Positions 50,852-62,568 of a stretch of DNA of 64,000 bases are shown here, one piece after another (position 1 is the stretch's first letter; each line of letters starts with the position of its first letter). Origin of the DNA: an uncultured Gemmatimonadales bacterium. GTDB taxonomy: Bacteria; Gemmatimonadota; Gemmatimonadetes; Gemmatimonadales; Gemmatimonadaceae. The notes below the pieces were generated by a model. That model saw nothing but the letters and a program-made list of their open reading frames with translations. It did no database searches and was not told the DNA's origin. The translations under genes were made by a program, and so were the position numbers. The stretch covers positions 4,096,001 to 4,160,000 of the forward strand of contig OY969695.1 of assembly GCA_963701965.1 (NCBI GenBank), written 5' to 3'.

Positions 50852-51684
50852 CGCCCATCCTGCCGACCGCCATCCTGCTCGCGTTCGTGTTCTGCACGGG
50901 CGCGACGGTCGGGTCGTTTCTCAACGTGTGCATCGCCCGCTGGCCGGTCAATCTCTCGGTCGTGCGCCCGCGGTCGCGTTGTCCGCGGTGCGAGCGACCG
51001 ATCGCCTGGTACGAGAATGTCCCGATTCTGAGCTGGATCGCCCTGCGCGGAAAGTGCCGGGGCTGCCAGTTGCGGATTTCCTGGCAGTACCCCGCGGTGG
51101 AGCTCGGCGTGGCGCTGGGTTGGGTCGTCGCCTTCACGGCGTTCCCGAACGACTGGTTCCTCGCCCTTCGCCTGGCGGTGTTCGGGACGGTGCTCGCGGG
51201 CATCGCCGTCACCGACCTCTTGCACTATCTCATTCCCGACGGCTTCACGGTCTTCGGACTGATCTGGGTCTTCGTGACCTCGCTGGCGGCGACGACGCTG
51301 GCCGACCCGGCAATGTTCGCCGCCCCGTACAATGCGCTCATGGGCGCCTGCGTCGGCGCCGGCGCCATCTCGATCATCGGGTGGTTGGGCGAGGTGGCGC
51401 TTTCCAAGGAGGCGATGGGGTTCGGCGACGTCACGCTCATGGCGGTCGTGGGTGCCGCGCTCGGGCCGGCGCGGGCGTTGCTCACGATCTTTGTGGGAGC
51501 GGCCGTCGGTGCGGTTGTTTTCCTCGCGCTCGTGGCCCCGATCATGTGGGTGCGGCGGCGCGGAACGCCGGGCGAGCTGCCAATGGTGCCCTTTGGTGTT
51601 TTCCTTGCGCCCGCCGCGCTCGTCACGTTGCTTAAGGGTGATGCGGCGATTGCGTGGTATTTGGCTCATCTGGGACTTCGGTAA
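50848..51684 (+). CDS. pilD: Prepilin peptidase (A24 family)
   Basis: GSFLNVCIAR, PRSRCPRC...ENVPILSW...GKCRGC, MGFGD, PFGVFLA. Confidence 0.92.
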   Translation: MTPILPTAILLAFVFCTGATVGSFLNVCIARWPVNLSVVRPRSRCPRCERPIAWYENVPILSWIALRGKCRGCQLRISWQYPAVELGVALGWVVAFTAFPNDWFLALRLAVFGTVLAGIAVTDLLHYLIPDGFTVFGLIWVFVTSLAATTLADPAMFAAPYNALMGACVGAGAISIIGWLGEVALSKEAMGFGDVTLMAVVGAALGPARALLTIFVGAAVGAVVFLALVAPIMWVRRRGTPGELPMVPFGVFLAPAALVTLLKGDAAIAWYLAHLGLR

Positions 51685-52837
51685 TGCTGCGGCCGGGTGA
51701 TTCCATCCTCGGCCGCTTCACGCGTGATCTGACCGCGGAAGCGCGCGCCGGGCGTCTCGAGACCATCCGCTGCCGCGACGTGGAAACGGCGCGGCTCATC
51801 GACATCCTGCTGCGATACGGCAAGAACAACGCGGCGCTGGTCGGGCCGGCCGGCGTGGGGAAGACCGCGATCGTCGAAGGCTTGGCGCAGCGCATCGCCG
51901 CGCGCAATGTGCCGATCTCGCTGGCCGACAGCCGGGTCCTGGCGCTCGATCACGTCGCGCTGTTGGGCGGTACCATGTATCGCGGGCAGTACGAGGAACG
52001 CGTGAACGGATTGATCGAAGGCGTCACGACCGCCGGCGACGTCATCCTGTTCGTCGATGAGCTGCACAATCTCATCGGGCAGGGCACGGCCATGGGCGCC
52101 GCGATGGATGCCGGCAACATGCTCAAACCGGCGTTGGTGCGCGGCGACTTTCGGGTGATCGGCGCCACCACCAGTAGCGAATACACCCAATGGGTGTGCG
52201 GCGATTCGGCGCTGGAACGGCGGTTTCAGAAAATCGACGTGCGCGAGTTGACGGCCGAAGAGACCCTCGACGTCTTGAAGTCGCGCGTCGAACGATTGGA
52301 ACGACACCACAACGTCGTCATCGCCGATGATGCCGTCGATGCCGCCTTGCAGCTGACCGATACCTACGTCACGGATCGCATGCGGCCAGACCGGGCCCTC
52401 GATGCGCTCGATGAAGCGTGTGCCCACACGCACGGATTGGCCCGGTACTCGGAGAGCACCCTGCTGTTGATCGCTCGAAGGCGGGAGGCGCTGCGCGCCC
52501 CCGCCGCCGATCGCGTCCGCGCTCCCACCGACGGTTCGCGCGGGCCGCTCGATCGAAGCGAAGGGCTCGACATTATAGAACGTTTGGGTGCCGAGATCGA
52601 AGCGATGTTTGGCGGGGCGGTCGATTCAGTCATGGCCACCAACACTCGTCCCCAGGCGACACCGGCGCCGGGCGCGGGGAGCGCCGCAGGCGCGCCCGCG
52701 CCCGTTCCGGTCATGTCCGTGGCCGCACTGGACGCCGAGCTGAGACGGTGTCTGGCCGCAGAAGGGATCGTCGTGCGCGGCGTGGACGTCGCCCGCGCGG
52801 TGGCGGTGGCCACCGGCAAGCAGGTCGTGTGGCGCAC

Positions 52838-52841
<4 letters not shown>
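51684..52841 (+). CDS. ClpA/B-like AAA+ protein with only the first ATPase module
   Basis: GPAGVGKTAIVEGLA, GTMYRGQYEER, ILFVDELH, IGATT, ALERRFQ, PDRALDALDEAC; no N-domain and no NBD2. Confidence 0.88.
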
Positions 52842-54100
<1,259 letters not shown>

Positions 54101-54103
54101 CGC

Positions 54104-54460
54104 GTGCTGATCACGGTCCTGGCGATTCTCGTGGGCGCCGTGGCCGTCGGCTTCTCCCGCGTTGGCGCGACGATCCGCACGGCGGCCCTGACGGCCGCGG
54201 CGCTCGTCGTGTTGCACATGCTGTCGGGGTTTTTCGTGGGCGCCTATCAGGGACCGGGCGTGGGCTTCGCGGCCGCCAAATGGCTCGGGCTGGGCGGCGC
54301 GATGATCGGCCCGGCGATGATCTTGAGCGGCGTCGCCGTCGGCGCCGTGCGGGCGCTCGCGGCGGACCGGCGCATCCTGCTCGTCCCGGCGGCCCTCATT
54401 GCGTCGGCGCTGGTCATCGTGGCGGCCAGCATCCTCGCGGCCAATCTGATTTTCGGTTGA
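54104..54460 (+). CDS. Small membrane protein (about 4 TM helices)
   Basis: Continuously hydrophobic 118-aa ORF directly after the previous gene. Confidence 0.6.
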   Translation: MLITVLAILVGAVAVGFSRVGATIRTAALTAAALVVLHMLSGFFVGAYQGPGVGFAAAKWLGLGGAMIGPAMILSGVAVGAVRALAADRRILLVPAALIASALVIVAASILAANLIFG

Positions 54461-54467
54461 CGATGCG

Positions 54468-56033
54468 CTAGAGGCCGGCCAGTCCCAGGATATGGGTCAG
54501 GCCAAAGAGGACGATGGCGATCAGTCCGCCGAGGACATAGCCGGTGCGCACGATGAGCCGGAGCTCGCGTTGAATGACGCCCCGAATGAGCTGCTCCAGC
54601 CGATCTTGATCGAACAACAGGACCTTTCGCTCCACCATCTCCTGCACGTGCAGGCGCTCGACGATGGCGGGAATCTGGGCCTCGATCCAACTCCAAATGC
54701 CCGGGGACATCACCCGCGCCAGCCGCGGCGCGGCATCCGCCGGGAGCCAGCGGCCCAGACGTCCGAGGGGCCGGTCCAGCAAGCGCGTGGCGGTCGCGTG
54801 CGCCGTGTCCTGCAGGATCTCGCGCGCCCGCGGCGATGCCGCGGCGCTGACCACCCATTCCACGATCGCGTCGTTGGGAATCGGGGCGATGAGCTCGCCC
54901 CACGTGCGATCCTGGGCCCGCTCCAGGAGACGGGACACGGCTTCGACGAGAAATCGCCGCGTACCCTCGGCGCGCAACAGGCGCAGGAGATAGTCGCCGG
55001 CGGTGCGCTCCAGCGCCACGGCCCGCTCCGATCCGGCGCCGCCCACGATGGCCGCCGCCGGCTGCTGCAGAAACGTCGAGATGGCGCTGTGCACCGACCG
55101 CGAGATCTCGTCGCGCACCGTCGGGTCGTCGAGCAGCGTCGCCAATTCCTCCTCGCCATCCCGCTCCAACGCGTCGATCACTTTGTCGAACGTGCGCTCG
55201 GTGACGATGAGTCGGGCGATGACCCGTTCGTAGAACTGGAGGTCGGCGACGAACCGTTGGAAGAGATCGTGCAACGCCGCGCGGATGCGCTCCCGGGCCG
55301 CGGGATGCTGCAGCATCGTGCCGACGCCGGAGACGGCGAGAGGCAGGTAGGCGGCGACGGCCCCCTCCACCGCGCGGGCCACGGCCGGCGGCACGCGGTC
55401 GAGCACGGGTGCGTCGGAATCGAGCAGCGTGCCGATCTGCGCCCCCAGCTGCTCGCGCACGATCCGCTCCAACTCGGGCGACGCGGCGAAGTCCTCGGCC
55501 CAGCTGGCGGTCCGCTCGCCGAGCTCGCGCCGCCGTTCGTCGGTCAGGACCGCGCTCACCGGCTGGGCGGCCAACTCGGTGCGGGCGCGGGCGATCACGC
55601 GGCGGATCTGCTCAGCGAACTCGGGCGTCGCCGTGTGCGCCGCGATGCGCTCGGCGATCCCGCGCGCCGCGTCGCCCAGTGCCAGCTCGATCTCCGGGAG
55701 CGCCGCCTCCGAGACCAGGGATCGTAACGGCCCCCGTTCCGTCTCCAGCAGGTCGCCGAGCAGCGCCGCGAGTCGCTCGTCGAGCGCATCCTTGAGGCCG
55801 GAGCGCTTGATCTCTTCCAGCAGGTCGTGCGGCGTCAGCAATCGCTCGCCGACGGTCTTGCCGATGCTCTTGGCGAGCCGCTCCTGATTCTTGGGAATCG
55901 CTCCCTGAAACCCCAGGATGCGCCGGCGCGGCCGGAACAACATCCACACCGCGACCGTGTCCGAGAAACCGCCCGCGATGGTGCCGATCGCCACCTGGAT
56001 GCCGAACTGCAGCCAGGTGCTTGGCAGCGGCAC
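54468..56033 (-). CDS. DUF445-family membrane protein
   Basis: GTIAGGFSDTVAVWMLFRP...QGAIPKNQERLA N-terminus; LEQLI...ELRLI..GYVLGGLI C-terminus. Confidence 0.85.
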   Translation of the reverse strand: MPLPSTWLQFGIQVAIGTIAGGFSDTVAVWMLFRPRRRILGFQGAIPKNQERLAKSIGKTVGERLLTPHDLLEEIKRSGLKDALDERLAALLGDLLETERGPLRSLVSEAALPEIELALGDAARGIAERIAAHTATPEFAEQIRRVIARARTELAAQPVSAVLTDERRRELGERTASWAEDFAASPELERIVREQLGAQIGTLLDSDAPVLDRVPPAVARAVEGAVAAYLPLAVSGVGTMLQHPAARERIRAALHDLFQRFVADLQFYERVIARLIVTERTFDKVIDALERDGEEELATLLDDPTVRDEISRSVHSAISTFLQQPAAAIVGGAGSERAVALERTAGDYLLRLLRAEGTRRFLVEAVSRLLERAQDRTWGELIAPIPNDAIVEWVVSAAASPRAREILQDTAHATATRLLDRPLGRLGRWLPADAAPRLARVMSPGIWSWIEAQIPAIVERLHVQEMVERKVLLFDQDRLEQLIRGVIQRELRLIVRTGYVLGGLIAIVLFGLTHILGLAGL

Positions 56034-58525
56034 TATTGAATACGGTCGGCGTGCACCGTCGGCGATGAGGGCGGCGTCGGCGACTTGACGCGCGCGCCGG
56101 CGTGCGCGCCATCCTCGACCGTCGGTTCCGCCGGACGCTGGTCGGCGAGCACGGCGCTCGGCGCGGGTAATAGCGCCAGCCGCAACACCTCGTCCATGCT
56201 GGCGACGAACGTGAACATCATGTTCGCGCGCACTTCCGTCGGCACATCCCGCAGATCTTTTTCGTTGCCCTTGGGCAACATGACTTCCCGCAAGCCCGCG
56301 CGATACGCGGCCAGGACCTTCTCTTTCACGCCCCCGATCTCCAGGGCCTTGCCCCGCAGGGTGACTTCACCCGTCATGGCCACGTCCCGCCGCACGGCGC
56401 GCCGCGAGAGCGCGCTGGCGATGGCCAGCGTGACCGCGAGCCCGGCGCTGGGGCCGTCTTTGGGGATGGCGCCGGCAGGGAAGTGGATATGCAGGTCGCT
56501 CTCCTTGAACTCTTTGTCCTCGACCCCGATCGCCGCCGCCCGCGACCGCACGTACGAGTACGCGGCATCGACGGACTCGCGCATCACGTCGCCGAGCTGT
56601 CCGGTGACCGTGAGCCGTCCGGTGCCCGGCATGCGGAGCGCTTCGATCAGCATGAGATCGCCGCCGGTCGATGTCCAGGCCAGGCCGGTCACGGCGCCGA
56701 CTTCCGGCTCCTTTTCGGCTTCCTCCGCCGCGTAGCGCGGCACGCCCAGGATCTCCTCGACTTTCGCGGCATCGATCACCCAGGCGCCTTCCTCGCCCTC
56801 GGCCTTGCGACGCGCCCGCCGCCGGAGGACCGCCGCGATGTTGCGCTCGAAGTTGCGGAGCCCGGCTTCGCGCGAGTAGCGGCTGGACACGAACCCCAGC
56901 ACTTCGTCCGTGAACACGACGTCCTGCGCCGTCACGCCGTGTTCTTCGAGCAATCGCGGGATCATGTACCGCCACGCGATCTCGACCTTCTCCTCCACGG
57001 TGTAGCCCGCGATGCGAATGATTTCCATGCGGTCGCGCAGCGGCGCCGGGATGTCGAACAGGTTGTTGGCGGTGCAGATGAAGAGGCAGGACGAGAGATC
57101 GAACGGCAGATTCAGATAGTGGTCGACGAACCCGTTGTTTTGGGTCGGATCGAGCACTTCCAACATCGCCGCCGTCGGATCCCCCGAGGGGCCGCCCGAC
57201 GTCATCTTGTCGATCTCGTCGATCATGAGCACCGGGTCGCGCACGGCCACGCGGCGGAGCGCCTGCAGCAAGAGCCCGGGCATCGATCCCACGTAGGTGC
57301 GGCGATGTCCGCGAATCTCGGCCTCGTCGCGCACGCCGCCCACGGAGATGCGGTAGAACTCGCGTCCGATCGCGCTGGCGATGGCCTCTCCCAGCGACGT
57401 CTTGCCCGTGCCGGGCGGGCCCACGAAGCACAGGATCGGACCATGCGGATCGCCGCCGCGCAGCTTGCGGACGGCCAGGTACTCGATGATCCGCTCTTTC
57501 GCTTCGTTGAGGCCGTAGTGCCGGCCATCGAGCGCGGCCTCGACCTTGGTCAGCGCGATCTCCTCGTCGCCCGATCGCTTGTGCCACGGAAGGGCGAGGA
57601 TCCAATCGAGGTACGTCCGAATGACCTGATACTCGCTGGACGCCGGCGACAGCATCCGCATCCGTTCCGTCTCGCGCCGCGCCTCCTGCCCAACTTTCTC
57701 CGGCAGCTGCGCCTCGTCGATCCGGCGCAGCATCTCGACCGTGTCCTTCTCGGCCGGATCTGCTTCGCCCAGCTCGGCCTGGATGGCGCGCAACTGCTGC
57801 CGGAGATAGAACTCGCGCTGGTGCTGCTCGATCTTGATCTCGGTCTGGCGTTTGACGTCCTCCATCACCCGGGCGCGCGCCACTTCGCGTTCCAAGCGGG
57901 TGAGGATAAAGCGCAGCCGCTGGCCGACATCGAGACGCTGCAGCACCTCGTCCTTGTCGGAGATCCGGAAATTCATGTTCGTCGACGCCAGGTCGGCGAA
58001 CCGCCCCGGATCGGAGACGTTCATCTTGAGGATCGCCGGGACTTCATCGGGGATACGGTCGACGAGATCGGCCAACGTCTCGGCGGCCGACACGATGCGC
58101 GTCACCAGGTCGTCCAGCTCCTTGGCCTCGGCGGGCGTTTCCCGCGCCGGCTTGATCCCTGCGACGACGAACGGCTCCAGCTGGTTGATCTCTTCGATGA
58201 CGATCCGGCGGAGTCCCTGCAGCGTGATCTGGACGGTATCACCCGGCAGGTTGATCCGCTCGTGCACGCGCGCCGCCACCCCGACCCGGCCGATGAACTG
58301 CTGGGAGTCGATCGGCTCGTCGTGCTCGCCGCTGGCCACCACGAGGGCGACGATCAGGCCCGGTTCTTCGTTGGCCCGGAGGAGCGCCAGGTTTTCCGGT
58401 GCGCCCATCTGGACGGCGATGGTCCCCAACGGATAGACGATCGTCGACCGGAGGGCCATCAGGGGCAAGGTCGGCGGGAGCTCCGACTTGAGGATCTCTT
58501 CTTTGCGCTGCGCTCTAGCCATCAT
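56033..58525 (-). CDS. lon: ATP-dependent protease La (Lon), copy 2
   Basis: [45 protein letters not shown]. Confidence 0.96.
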   Translation of the reverse strand: MMARAQRKEEILKSELPPTLPLMALRSTIVYPLGTIAVQMGAPENLALLRANEEPGLIVALVVASGEHDEPIDSQQFIGRVGVAARVHERINLPGDTVQITLQGLRRIVIEEINQLEPFVVAGIKPARETPAEAKELDDLVTRIVSAAETLADLVDRIPDEVPAILKMNVSDPGRFADLASTNMNFRISDKDEVLQRLDVGQRLRFILTRLEREVARARVMEDVKRQTEIKIEQHQREFYLRQQLRAIQAELGEADPAEKDTVEMLRRIDEAQLPEKVGQEARRETERMRMLSPASSEYQVIRTYLDWILALPWHKRSGDEEIALTKVEAALDGRHYGLNEAKERIIEYLAVRKLRGGDPHGPILCFVGPPGTGKTSLGEAIASAIGREFYRISVGGVRDEAEIRGHRRTYVGSMPGLLLQALRRVAVRDPVLMIDEIDKMTSGGPSGDPTAAMLEVLDPTQNNGFVDHYLNLPFDLSSCLFICTANNLFDIPAPLRDRMEIIRIAGYTVEEKVEIAWRYMIPRLLEEHGVTAQDVVFTDEVLGFVSSRYSREAGLRNFERNIAAVLRRRARRKAEGEEGAWVIDAAKVEEILGVPRYAAEEAEKEPEVGAVTGLAWTSTGGDLMLIEALRMPGTGRLTVTGQLGDVMRESVDAAYSYVRSRAAAIGVEDKEFKESDLHIHFPAGAIPKDGPSAGLAVTLAIASALSRRAVRRDVAMTGEVTLRGKALEIGGVKEKVLAAYRAGLREVMLPKGNEKDLRDVPTEVRANMMFTFVASMDEVLRLALLPAPSAVLADQRPAEPTVEDGAHAGARVKSPTPPSSPTVHADRIQ

Positions 58526-58555
58526 TGTCTCAAATTCTAATGGCGCTTACGTTTA

Positions 58556-59893
58556 ATGGCTATGTTCGATGAGCTGAGCGAAAAGCTCGAGGCCACGTTT
58601 GCCCGCCTGCGCGGGCGCGGCGTCCTCACGGAAGCCGACATCAAAGACGGGCTGCGCGAAGTGCGGCGCATCCTGCTCGAGGCCGACGTCAACTTCCAGC
58701 TCACGCGCGAGTTCCTGGAGCGGGTGGAGAAGAAGGCGGTGGGCCTCTCGGCCCTCAAGACAGTCTCTCCCGCGCAGCAGCTCGTCAAGATCGTTCATGA
58801 CGAATTGACGGCCATGCTGGGTGAGCGACGGGAAGGCCTGCGACTCTCTTCCGTCCCTCCCACGATCGTCTTGATGGTCGGCCTGCAAGGATCGGGCAAG
58901 ACGACGACGGCGGCAAAGCTCGCCCGCAAGCTCAAGGCGGAGGGACGGACCGCCCGCCTGGTCGCCGCCGACGTGTATCGGCCGGCCGCCATTGATCAGC
59001 TGGAGACCCTGGGCAAGCAGCTCGATGTGCCCGTCCACGCGGATCGGACGACGCAGGACGTCGTGCGGATCGCCAAGCACGGCATCGAGGAGGCCAAGCG
59101 CGCCCGCGACAAGGTCGTGATCGTCGATACGGCCGGCCGGCTCCAGATCGATGAGGACATGATGCGGGAGCTGGAGCGCCTCAAGGAGGCCGTGCGCCCG
59201 GACGAGATCCTGCTCGTGGCCGACGGCATGACCGGCCAGGACGCGGTGCGCATCGCGCAGGGCTTCGACACGGCGCTCGGTGTGACCGGGATCGTGCTGA
59301 CCAAGATGGACGGCGACGCGCGCGGTGGCGCCGCGCTCTCGATCTACGGCATCACCAAGAAGCCGATCAAGTACATCGGCGTGGGCGAGAAGGTCAATGC
59401 GCTGGAGGATTTCTATCCCGACCGCATGGCCAGCCGCATCCTGCAGATGGGCGATGTGCTGACCTTGGTCGAGAAAGCGCAGGAAGCGTTCGACGAGGCC
59501 GAGGCGAAGAAGCTCGAGAAAAAGGTCCGAAAAGAAGGCATGGACCTGCAGGATTTCCTGACCGCCATGCGGCAGATTCAGAAACTCGGCCCCTTGGAAG
59601 GTGTGCTCAAGATGCTGCCCGGCGTGAACTCCAAAATGCTGCGCCAGGCCAACGTCGATCCGAAGCGGATGAAGCATCTCGAGGCGATCGTGCTCTCCAT
59701 GACGCCGGGCGAGCGCAAGGATCCGACGACGTTGAACGGTTCGCGCCGCGCCCGCGTCGCCAAGGGCGCCGGGCGGCCCATCGCCGAGGTCAATCGGCTG
59801 CTCGAGCAGTTCCGCGATATGCAGAAGATGATGAAGAAGGTCGGGAATATGGGTGGTGGGCGCATGCCCCCCGGTATGTTTGGCATGCGGTAG
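58556..59893 (+). CDS. ffh: Signal recognition particle protein
   Basis: LLEADV, GLQGSGKTT, DTAGR, TKMDGDARGG, Met-rich M domain. Confidence 0.98.
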   Translation: MAMFDELSEKLEATFARLRGRGVLTEADIKDGLREVRRILLEADVNFQLTREFLERVEKKAVGLSALKTVSPAQQLVKIVHDELTAMLGERREGLRLSSVPPTIVLMVGLQGSGKTTTAAKLARKLKAEGRTARLVAADVYRPAAIDQLETLGKQLDVPVHADRTTQDVVRIAKHGIEEAKRARDKVVIVDTAGRLQIDEDMMRELERLKEAVRPDEILLVADGMTGQDAVRIAQGFDTALGVTGIVLTKMDGDARGGAALSIYGITKKPIKYIGVGEKVNALEDFYPDRMASRILQMGDVLTLVEKAQEAFDEAEAKKLEKKVRKEGMDLQDFLTAMRQIQKLGPLEGVLKMLPGVNSKMLRQANVDPKRMKHLEAIVLSMTPGERKDPTTLNGSRRARVAKGAGRPIAEVNRLLEQFRDMQKMMKKVGNMGGGRMPPGMFGMR

Positions 59894-59978
59894 TCGTCGG
59901 TCCCTGGGTGCACCGCGGAAATGCCGCGGCTGCGAGGAGCCCGGGATGAACGGTTTTTCATGAACAGGAGCACTCGCA

Positions 59979-60290
59979 ATGGTTCGCATTCGTCTTCGCC
60001 GGATCGGGCGCAAGAACGCCCCGGTGTATCGTATCGTCGTCGCCGACTCGCAGAGCCCGCGCGACGGGCGGTTCATCGAGATCATCGGCCAGTATGCGCC
60101 GCGTCAGGAGAAGTCGCTGACCGTCAACGCCGAGCGGGCCAATCACTGGCTCGACGTCGGGGCGCAGCCCAGCGACACCGTGCGATCGCTCCTCCGCCGC
60201 GCCGGCGTGCTCAAGGCCCGGCACGAGGCACGGGTGGCGCAGTCCCGGCAAGCCGGGGCCGTCCCGCTCGCCGAGCGCGCCGAGGGGTAG
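59979..60290 (+). CDS. rpsP: 30S ribosomal protein S16
   Basis: [10 protein letters not shown]...[25 protein letters not shown]. Confidence 0.98.
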   Translation: MVRIRLRRIGRKNAPVYRIVVADSQSPRDGRFIEIIGQYAPRQEKSLTVNAERANHWLDVGAQPSDTVRSLLRRAGVLKARHEARVAQSRQAGAVPLAERAEG

Positions 60291-60291
60291 C

Positions 60292-60822
60292 GTGAGCGCG
60301 CCCGAGCAGGTCATCGTCGGGCGGATCCGCAAGGCGCACGGGGTTCGAGGCGAGGTTGTCGTCGAGTCTTTGACCGACGAACCGGAAGCCGTTTTCGCCA
60401 CGGGCCGGCGGTTGCTCGCCGGCACCGTGGACGGGGCGCTGGCGACCGACATTCCCGAGCTCACCATCCGCCGGTCCACCCCATTCAAGGGGGGGTGGAT
60501 CCTCCGGCTCACCGAGATCACGACGCGCACCCTAGCCGACCAGTGGCGCGGTCGATACGTTCTCGTTCCCGCGGCCGAGCTCAGTCCGCCGGCCGCGGAT
60601 CAAGTCTACTATCACGAGCTGGTCGGACTTCGCGTCCAGCTGCAGGGAGGCGAGCCGATCGGCCGCGTGGAAGCCCTGTTCGAGGTGCCCCAGGGACTCG
60701 TGCTCGATGTCCGTACGGAGCGTGGGACCGTCATGGTCCCGTACCGGCCGGAGGTCGTGTTGAGCGTGGACGTCGCGCAGGGAACGATCGTGATCGACCC
60801 GCCCTTGGGACTCTTGGATTGA
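60292..60822 (+). CDS. rimM: Ribosome maturation factor RimM
   Basis: VGRIRKAHGVRGEV, YYHELVGL, operon position. Confidence 0.95.
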   Translation: MSAPEQVIVGRIRKAHGVRGEVVVESLTDEPEAVFATGRRLLAGTVDGALATDIPELTIRRSTPFKGGWILRLTEITTRTLADQWRGRYVLVPAAELSPPAADQVYYHELVGLRVQLQGGEPIGRVEALFEVPQGLVLDVRTERGTVMVPYRPEVVLSVDVAQGTIVIDPPLGLLD

Positions 60823-60832
60823 TGGGACCCTG

Positions 60833-61507
60833 ATGCTCCGCATCAACATCGTGACGATCTTTCCCGAGTTCTTCGACATGCCGCTCGCGCTCAGCATTCC
60901 CTCGCGCGCGGCGGCGGCGGGCGCCGTCGAATACCAGGTCGTCGATCTCCGCAACTACACGCACGACCGGCACCGTTCGGTGGACGACTACCCCTACGGC
61001 GGAGGCGCGGGCATGGTCATGCGCCCCGATCCGTTCTTCGAGGTGGTCGAAGCGCTGTCCGCGCGCCCCCCGCTCGTCCTCCTGTCGGCGCGCGGCGCGC
61101 CGTTCACGCAGGCCGACGCGGCGCGCTACGCGCACGGCGAGGAGCTGACCCTGCTCTGCGGCCATTACAAGGACGTCGACCAGCGGGTGGCCGATCACCT
61201 GGCGACCGAGGAACGCTCCCTCGGCGAGTTCGTGCTCAGCGGCGGCGAGACGGCCGCGCTGGTGGTCATCGACGCTACCGTCCGCCTGTTGCCGGGCGCC
61301 ATGTCGGACCCCGAGAGTGCCCGCACGGATTCGTTTTTCAGTGGACCAATGCTGGGAGCGCCCAGCTACACCCGCCCTCCGGAATACCGGGGGTTTCGGG
61401 TCCCGGAGGTGCTCCTGTCCGGCGATCACCGGCGCATCGCCGAATGGCGTCGCGCCGAGAGCCTGCGGCTCACGCAGGCGCGATCTGGCGTAACTGACCG
61501 TGGGTAG
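60833..61507 (+). CDS. trmD: tRNA (guanine-N1)-methyltransferase
   Basis: [45 protein letters not shown]. Confidence 0.97.
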   Translation: MLRINIVTIFPEFFDMPLALSIPSRAAAAGAVEYQVVDLRNYTHDRHRSVDDYPYGGGAGMVMRPDPFFEVVEALSARPPLVLLSARGAPFTQADAARYAHGEELTLLCGHYKDVDQRVADHLATEERSLGEFVLSGGETAALVVIDATVRLLPGAMSDPESARTDSFFSGPMLGAPSYTRPPEYRGFRVPEVLLSGDHRRIAEWRRAESLRLTQARSGVTDRG

Positions 61508-61523
61508 TTACGTTACGGGTCTT

Positions 61524-61901
61524 ATGCACGAATTCAGCGAGACAGAAAAGGAATGGCTGCGGCAGGATATCCCTGCGTTTCGCGCCGGCGATACCCTGCG
61601 CGTCAATGTGCGCGTGCGTGAAGGGGACAAAGAGCGGCTGCAGGCGTTCGAGGGCGTGTGCATCGCGCGCCGCGGTGCGGGCGTGAGCGCGACGTTCACG
61701 GTGCGCAAGATCTCCAACGGCGTGGGCGTGGAGCGCATCTTTCCCCTCCACAGCCCCATAATCGCCGAGATTACGGTCGTGCGGCGCGGTCGCGTTCGGC
61801 GCGCCAAGCTGTACTACCTGCGGCACCTCACCGGAAAGGCCACGCGCATCCGCGAGAAGAAGGTGAAAGTCGCGGTGCCATCGACAACCACCGCCGAGTA
61901 G
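61524..61901 (+). CDS. rplS: 50S ribosomal protein L19
   Basis: [38 protein letters not shown]. Confidence 0.97.
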   Translation: MHEFSETEKEWLRQDIPAFRAGDTLRVNVRVREGDKERLQAFEGVCIARRGAGVSATFTVRKISNGVGVERIFPLHSPIIAEITVVRRGRVRRAKLYYLRHLTGKATRIREKKVKVAVPSTTTAE

Positions 61902-61908
61902 CTCGGCC

Positions 61909-62568
61909 GTGGGGCGGCGCTGGAGCCCCCTTGAACGAGAGCTGCGGCAGGAGTTCGGGCCGTGGCTCGCTGGAGTCGACGAAGTCGGACGGGGTCCGCT
62001 AGCGGGCCCCGTTGTCGCATGTGCCGCCGTCATGCCCGGCGATCGCCCGGTCATCCGGGGCGTCGATGACTCGAAGCAGCTCGATCGCGCCTCGCGCGAG
62101 AAGTTGGCCGGCCGCATCCGCGAGCAGGCGATCGCGGTAGGACTCGGCGCCGCCTCCGTCCGCGAGATCGAGCGCGTGAACATCTACCATGCGACTGTGT
62201 TGGCCATGCGCCGGGCGCTGACGCGCCTCGGCGCGAACGGTGTGCGACCGCACTTTGTCGTGATCGACGGCAAGCCGGTGCGTTCGCTCGGCATCGCGCA
62301 TCGGGCGGTGGTCGGTGGCGATGCGCGTTGCTACAGTGTCGCGTGCGCCTCCATCATCGCCAAGGTCACGCGGGACGGATTGATGCGCCGGCTGGCCGCG
62401 CGCTATCCGTGCTACGGCTGGGACCATAACGTGGGGTACGCGACGCGCATGCACTGGTCGAGCCTTCACGAGCACGGGATGTCGGTGCATCACCGGCGCA
62501 CCTTCTGTTGCGACGATCAGCTCGAGCTCATGCTCAATGACGTCGTCGCCGGGCAGGAGCTGTCCTGA
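61909..62568 (+). CDS. rnhB: Ribonuclease HII
   Basis: GVDEVGRGPLAGPV, DDSKQL, IDG, GDA, ASIIAKVTRD. Confidence 0.96.
   Translation: MGRRWSPLERELRQEFGPWLAGVDEVGRGPLAGPVVACAAVMPGDRPVIRGVDDSKQLDRASREKLAGRIREQAIAVGLGAASVREIERVNIYHATVLAMRRALTRLGANGVRPHFVVIDGKPVRSLGIAHRAVVGGDARCYSVACASIIAKVTRDGLMRRLAARYPCYGWDHNVGYATRMHWSSLHEHGMSVHHRRTFCCDDQLELMLNDVVAGQELS

Noticed and set aside
59894..59978. SRP RNA (ffs) next to ffh
   Set aside because: Lacks the conserved domain IV signature (CAGG...GGAA...AGCAG).
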